This document shows positions 57,090-64,000 of a stretch of 64,000 nucleotides of DNA, in pieces. The position numbers and the translations under genes were made by a program. Positions within the stretch are counted from its first letter, which is position 1, and each line of letters opens with the position of its first letter. Source of the DNA: Eledone cirrhosa (taxonomy: Eukaryota); the NCBI GenBank assembly GCA_964016885.1, contig OZ024750.1, positions 23,250,001 through 23,314,000 on the forward strand, given 5' to 3'. The notes beneath the pieces are model-generated. The model was not told the origin of the DNA and made no database searches. It was given only the letters and a program-made list of their open reading frames with translations.

Positions 57090-57425
57090 TAGTCGGGCTG
57101 GACACCCGATTGCACAGTTAAACCACTTGGAGTGAAGGACCCCAGCCTTTGTTAGGGCATTCTTCTAGGAGAAGGCAACTCAGGAAACTGGGATAACTCC
57201 GATATAAAACCTGTGGCTCTGTAGTTACCGATGACGTTGATCTTTTCTTCTTTTCGGGTTATAGCTACTGTCGCTCAGAGAGTGGGATTGGCTCAGTGCA
57301 CAGTCTTTCCTCACTTTAAAAAAATCTTCACGCACAGGCATTGCACGATAGAATTAATTAATAATTATTAATAATGGTATACCGTGCAATGGCCATACTC
57401 GATAACGAGGGAGCAGCCATCATGT
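57090..57425 (+). mobile_element. Second bipartite RTE-derived subfamily
   Basis: CTAGGAGAAGGCAACTC..GAGAGTGGGATTGG..CACAGGCATTGC, 3' GGCCATACTCGATAACGAGGGAGCAGCCATC then an ATGT-type tail; 3' fragment also at 6460-6498. Confidence 0.75.
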
Positions 57426-57446
57426 TTGTATGTATGTATGTATGTG

Positions 57447-57855
57447 AGAGATGACCCCTTAGCCTTTGTCAAGGCAGAATTCTAGGAGAAGGAAAACTCT
57501 GATATAACACCTGCAACCTTGATGGTATCCAATGATGTTGACTTGTTCTTCTTTTTGGTAAATATCATCTTGGTTAAGAGAGTGGGACTGGCTTTGTGCA
57601 GTGCCTTTGCTCACTATAAAAGCTTCACGGCACAGGCATTGGTTTATATCTGGAGATCTCTCTGCACTTGTCATCACAGGGTACCAAGGGCCCAGCACTA
57701 TGTGTCAATAATTGTCACAAGTGTAGTGTTTGTACCGGAGTTTTCAAGTCGCTGGCTGGACTAAAAAGTCACACTCGTTCAGCGCATCGGTAGGGGTTCT
57801 CCTACATGGATATAAAGTAGTGGCCGTACTCGAAAACGAGTTGGCAGCCACCATG
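57447..57855 (+). mobile_element. 5'-truncated bipartite RTE element with intact C2H2 zinc-finger frame
   Basis: 57713-57793 reads CHKCSVCTGVFKSLAGLKSHTRSAHR*; (ATGT)n tail. Confidence 0.9.
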
Positions 57856-58435
57856 TATGTATGTATGTATGTATGTGTAGTATGTATGTATGGCATGCAA
57901 GTGAGATCTGGCTTCACTTAATGTCAGATTCTCCAGGGAAATAAACATAACATTACATATGTAGACAGAAATATTCTGGCGTACATTTGGTAGGTTATCA
58001 TCATTCAGTATCCCAAAATACTTTGCACTGGTGATGCACGTATATACGTATGTATGTGGGGTAGGGTGTTTTTCCTACTTCCAAACGCTGTATTTGATTC
58101 GCTCCAGTGATAAAAAATAGATCACCATTTTCTTCCTAGCCAGAACTAAAGATTGTTTTGCAATAAGAAACCTCAAAATTCTTAACTGTTTCTACTTATC
58201 CCACATTTTCTTTAACCCTTTCGTTACCATACTTCCATCTTTGAAAGATGCTACCTATTTATTATTTTGAAAACAATCTAGAATTAGGAGGGATTTAGTT
58301 ATATAACTTTCTCATTATTAAGATCATATTTGAAGCATAACTTAATGATTATTATATAAAAATTTGAAGGATTTTAGATGAATATGAACAGTGTTTGACT
58401 CGGATGGATGAAAGGCAAAGTTGACCTCAGAACAA

Positions 58436-58869
58436 TCTATATAATACTAAAACTCTGTGGTTGCTTGTTTGCTTGCTTGTCTGTAATATAATACAGCCAA
58501 TAGGGCGCATAATGGGAAAATACTTTGAAAAGAAGTTGACCCTGAAATGGGAATACAAATAGAATAAACAAGTTTCGTGTAAATCGGAGCACGGGTGCCG
58601 AGATATGGGGTTTTCTGGGTACCTTCCTAAATACCCAAAACGGTCCATAATGGAAAAATACTCTGGAAGTAACATAACCCTGCAAACCTTCATAAATAGC
58701 CAAAACGGTGCATAATGGGAAAATACTCCGAAAGTAACATAACCCTGAAATGGAAATACAAACAGAATAAAACAAGTTCCGCTTAAATCGGATCACGGGT
58801 TCCCGAGATACACGGTTTTTTTCGGGTACCTTGAACTATTGGTGACCCAACGGGTCACGGATAGTCTAG
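58436..58869 (+). mobile_element. Non-autonomous Helitron
   Basis: A|TC 5' end, subterminal (GCTT)n, internal direct repeats, hairpin GTGACCC-AAC-GGGTCAC at 58842-58858, CTAG|T 3' end, no TSD. Confidence 0.9.
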
Positions 58870-59244
58870 TAAATAAATAAATAGCGATCAAATACCGCAA
58901 AGCATCTTGCCTGATCAGCTAAATGTGGATTCTACTAATCCACCGGTTCCGGTACCAAACAGTAGGCTGTTGCTTTGATAAAACAACTGGAAGATTCGTC
59001 ATCGGAAGTAACGGAGGTCCAATAAATATTATACTATCTTTATATTTATATATCCTTTAACAAGTTCCTTACTTTCACTAGGACTTTAGTTCATCGTGCA
59101 TACAGAGAGTAATATTATTTCTGTACAGACTGTCGGCTCCAAGGAAACATGAGTTGATGTTTATCTCAAAACCTTATTTAATCTACAACATGTGCATTCA
59201 TAACAAAATACTATATTGTTCAGTTATTATTATTATTATTATTA

Positions 59245-59275
<31 letters not shown>

Positions 59276-59463
59276 CATTATTAGTATTATTATTGTTGTT
59301 ATTGTTGTTGTTAATTTAGGATATTTTGTTAATATTCTCAAGGTTGACGAACGTCCTGCTTTTATGCTAAAAATATCTGTACTTCGTTTCACATGAACTA
59401 AAAGATTGGTTTCATAGACACTTAAGACAGTGCCCCAGCATGACCATAGTCATATAAACAATT

Positions 59464-59533
<70 letters not shown>

Positions 59534-62500
59534 ATGGGGTGGTAAGATGACTACGTGGTCGCTCGACCTGTTAGAAATATCTAACAGATCTTCAAATCAC
59601 ACCCAGCTACCTTTTAAAAAATCTTAGATATGCAAAACCGTTGGAAGGCTTTTGATCATGGTTCAGTTGAAATTGGCTGTCTAGAAATAGCAACCAAATC
59701 TCCCTCAAATCCCACAGAGCCGTCTTTAAGAAAGGAAGCAGACAACGGAAAATATAATTTTAAAATGGTTTGAACGTCTTTAACTATAACTCAATTTAAA
59801 TTCGAATTACAAGTACAATCCACCCGACAGACTTCCACATATTTTTCTCTTAACGCTAGGGTAGACCCGAGCCTATGGTAAAAAACTTTTTGAAGACACC
59901 ACGCTGTGGGATCGAATTCGGGGTTCGATTGCGCAGCGATCTTCTTAAACATTCGGCCACGCTGCGACCACAGGACAGCAAACACACGCCTGAAGCACAC
60001 ACACACGCGTGTGTGTGTGTGTGCCTGTGTGTACATGCACAAACACACACATGCGTTAGCGCGTCACAAGACTCTGTGTCAACGAATGTCACTCATAAAA
60101 CGTTGGTCAACCCGATCCTATAGTAGAAGACTGTTGTACAAAATACCACGCAGTGGGACTAAACTCAGAACTCTGTGGTTGTGTAGCGAACTGCTTCACC
60201 ACACAGCCATCCATACCTGGTACGAACACCAGATATGTTTTTACTATTCTTTTCAAATGATGTCTGAACCTTGAAAAGCTGCAGATATGCCATACGACCA
60301 GTTTTAATGTTATCGATTTCTTACCATCATGGCGACAGTTCACGAAGATATTAACTCTTTTGCTACTGCCTGCTGCTCATTTATCGATTTGTGAAAACAT
60401 GTTGGTACATTACATAACTTAAAAGAATCACATTTGACAGTTGTACATTAGATTCTATCCAACACAACGATGTTTATTTGTCGCAAACCTCAAGAATAAC
60501 AGCCAAATAGTATATTCTTGTGGTTCATTAAATTAATAGCTTTATATGTGAGAGTGTTGGGCCTCCGTCGGTTCAGTCAATAGGTGTTTCAGTTGTTTGA
60601 TCAACAGAACAGCCTGGTCGTGAAAAGTGTTCTACAAGTGGCTAAACATTCCACAGACACGTGCGCCCTTAACATAGTTCTCGGGGAGATTCAGCGCGAC
60701 ACATTTTGTGACAAGGCTAGCTCTTAAATCACAGGTACAACTCATGTTTACCAACTGAGTGGACAAGAGTAGCGTGAAATATCATGTCTTGCTCAGCCGA
60801 ATATCATGTCTTGCTGAGCCGAACAGCCTATTCATTAAATCACTAAAACGTGAGTTATTTTTCATCATCGCTTCTTCATCACTTTTACTCCGACATTTTC
60901 ATACTGGCATTGCTAGACTGGACATTTTGAGGCAAAGTTTTACAGCTGCGAGCCCTACATGACATGAACCCTTTTAATCGCTTCTTTCGAGACGCACTGT
61001 ATGGTGAACCTGTTTTAAACCGGATGCACACAGCCATAGAAAATTGGGCAACTGGCTCTTAGAGACGGAAAAAAGGTGGGCAGATAAGAGAAATCGAACC
61101 ACGTATCCCTCAAATACCGGATGAGTGCATTACCACTACTCTAAGGGGCAATCGACAAAATTTTCTTGGAGAATAAGTTATTCATTAAATGAATAACTTG
61201 GCGGATTTTGAACTCGCAGCGCAGAAAGCTTGCACGAATAACACGAATCATTCTATCCGACAATCTAACGACTCTTCCAATTCGCCGTCTTAACTGAAAG
61301 CAGTTTCTGTCAAAATATAACGACTTAGATAAATGGTAGATAAATGGGATCCTATAGGCTGAAGAGTTAATCCTTAACTGTTCTACTAGTATTCATTTCT
61401 TTCTCTTTCTCTATTTTTTCATTCGAGTGGACTGGAGTCACATGAAATGCAATATTTTGCTCTAGGATACAATGCGCCGCCCAGTCTGGGGATCAAACCC
61501 ACGACCTTGCCATCATGACCCCAGCACCCTAACCTCTAAGAGCTCATCAGACCGGAGATTATTGGTACTTATGTTATTTTCTATAAAATGTATGATAATA
61601 AATGTACCGGCATTTTTCTCTTGTGTTGGGTAAACATATCTGTGGAAGTTAATTTAATGAGCCAGGCGTTCAGTTGATTGAACGACTTGATGCTCGACTT
61701 GATGCTCGTTAAAATCGACGTGGGACCATCAATATATTACCGCTATTTTTTTTTTTTTTTTAAATATATACCGACATTTATCTCGATTTTTTGTGGTAAA
61801 TAAGTTAATGATACACATGTTTGTGGAATAATCAGTCATTTCCACGCTAATTTAACGAATCGGGCGTTCAGTTGATCGAAGAACTGAGTGCTCATCGTCG
61901 AAACCGACGAATAATCCATCCAAATTCCGAGGCCTATCAGTTTCATTGATATTAAGCTACTGCTACTACAAGACTCATCCTTAGATGGGACGACAGTCCG
62001 TCGTAAGGTTAGCCGCCCACTCCAGCTGGTGTTGTTGATACCTATTTGTATTTTGGGTTGAAAGAACAGGAGCAATGTGATATGAAGTGTCCGGAAATCG
62101 AACACATGACCGTATCGTCATGAGCCCAGTACCCTAACTACAAGGCCGTGCGCTTTTACTTCAAAGCCCAGGGGCTCATCATGCCAGAGATTGTTATTTA
62201 AGCTCATGACTCCTGAAGGAGTCGCAGGGGCACCGTAGTGACATACAGCTTGCCTTGGGCATTTTAAAACCTGGCAGAGACCATCTTGTCTTCAGCTCTA
62301 CCGATTTCTCCAAGAGAAGGAAAAAGAGAGTGATAGAGAGGAAGAGATACAGAGGATGAATCGGTCCCAGTACTAGACTGATACTTTTTTTTTTTTATCG
62401 ACCTCTAAAAAGATGAAAGGCAAAGTTGACCTTGGCAGGATTCGAACTCAGAGCGCAAAGGGCCAGAACGGATATCGTAAAGCGTTCTATCAGACTTTCT

Positions 62501-62575
62501 AACAACTTTGTCAGTTCGCTGCCTCATGCCGGAGACTATTAATATTTGCTAACTGTTCTATAAAATCTCTAATAA

Positions 62576-63616
62576 TGGTTTCTTATATAGCCACAAGGCC
62601 AGCAATTTTGGGGGAGGGGGAAGTCGATTAAATCGACCCCGGTGCGTGACTGGTACTTTATTTTATCGACCCCGTAAGGATGAAAGGCAAAGTTAACCTC
62701 GGCGGGATTTGAATACAGATCATAAAGAGCCGTAACTCTATGCTGCAAAGCATAGTGTGCGTCCGACCCTCTACCGCTACTGCCAATCCACCGCCCTTAT
62801 AAAATCTCTAATAACTGTTTCTACTTTTGGCACAAGGCCAGCAATTATGCCAGTGCATTACTGGTACTTTATTTTATCGACCCCGTAAGGATGAAAGGCA
62901 AAGTCAACCTCGGCGGGATTTGAACTCAGATCGTAAAGGGACGTAACTATGCTGGAAAGCATGGCGTCCGACCCTCTACCGATACTGCCAATCCACCACC
63001 CTCATAAAATCTCTAATAACTGTTTCTACTTTTGGCACAAGGCCAGCAATTATGCCAGTGCATTACTGGTACTTTATTTTATCGACCCCGTAAGGATGAA
63101 AGGCAAAGTCAACCTCGGCGGGATTTGAACTCAGATCGTAAAGGGACGTAACTATGCTGGAAAGCATGGCGTCCGACCCTCTACCGATACTGCCAATCCA
63201 CCACCCTCATAAAATCTCTAATAACTGTTTCTACTTTTGGCAGAAGGCCAGCAATTATCCCAGTGTATTACTGGTACTTTATTTTATCGACCCCGTAAGG
63301 ATGAAAGGCAAAGTCAACCTCGGCGGGATTTGAACTCAGATCGTAAAGGGACGTAACTATGCTGGAAAGCATGGCGTCCGACCCTCTACCGATACTGTCA
63401 ATCCACCACCCTCATAAAATCTCTAATAACTGTTTCTACTTTTGGCACAAGGCCAGCAATTATGCCAGTGTATTACTGGTACTTTATTTTATCGACCCCG
63501 TAAGGATGAAAGGCAAAGTCAACCTCGGCGGGATTTGAACTCAGATCGTAAAGGGACGTAACTATGCTGGAAAGCATGGCGTCCGACCCTCTACCGATAC
63601 TGCCAATCCACCGCCC
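62576..63616 (-). mobile_element. SINE family A array: one long variant plus four 205-bp short-variant units
   Basis: Spacer ATAAAATCTCTAATAA at 62560, 62799, 63004, 63209 and 63414. Confidence 0.95.
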
Positions 63617-64000
63617 AGTCCACTGCCAATCTCTAATAACAATAAGCGTACCAACATATTTAACTCTCGAGTATTTAGCTGTAAGAATACTAGTGTTCTT
63701 TGCTTTGATTCTGGTTGGAACGATGAGACACCACTGAAGTGAGTTAATCGTTAAATAACATCTGGAATAAATTACTTCAAAGTGCTAGATAGCTTTCATT
63801 TTATTCTCAGAGATATTTCACTCGTAGAAACTCTCACTATACTTTTGTCTTGTCTTTCGTAAAAGAAAAAAAAAAAAAAAGCAACCCTTGCAATTGTTAC
63901 GGTCTATCAAAGCTGTTGTTGCTGCTGTTGTTGCTGCTGTTGTTGCTGTTGTTGCTGCTTTTGCTGCTGTTGTTGCTGTTGTTGTTGCTGCTGTATCCAC

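Noticed and set aside
57975-58045. Minus-strand KYFGILNDDNL resembling an RT thumb motif
   Set aside because: Too short and isolated to call a LINE fragment
62559-63630. CRISPR-like look (short repeat with regular spacing); also the 39-bp and 46-bp arrays
   Set aside because: Intervening units are near-identical SINE or minisatellite copies, not unique spacers; eukaryotic context and no cas genes

Overview
AT-rich eukaryotic non-coding DNA, almost certainly intergenic or intronic sequence of an octopus/coleoid cephalopod (inferred from its tRNA-derived SINE families, RTE remnants and extreme (TA)n/(CA)n/(GA)n/(ATGT)n/(CAC)n load). I can support no host protein-coding gene, rRNA, tRNA gene or CRISPR array; nearly all listed ORFs are microsatellite translations. 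Supported content: several tRNA-head SINE families, two RTE LINE remnants, a bipartite non-autonomous RTE family living in (ATGT)n tracts, Tc1/mariner and hAT MITEs, an intact non-autonomous Helitron, and minisatellites. The most interesting signal is a set of small islands embedded in (TA)n arrays that carry minimal hammerhead-ribozyme-like cores, long hairpins with compensatory changes between copies, and a shared T(T/C)GAGTRC motif about 30-50 nt from the TA tract; they look like miniature Penelope-like retroelements. Also notable: a 205-bp SINE-plus-target-site tandem array and repeated foldback palindromes centred on microsatellites. All calls were made by eye; family names are tentative and repeat boundaries are approximate.
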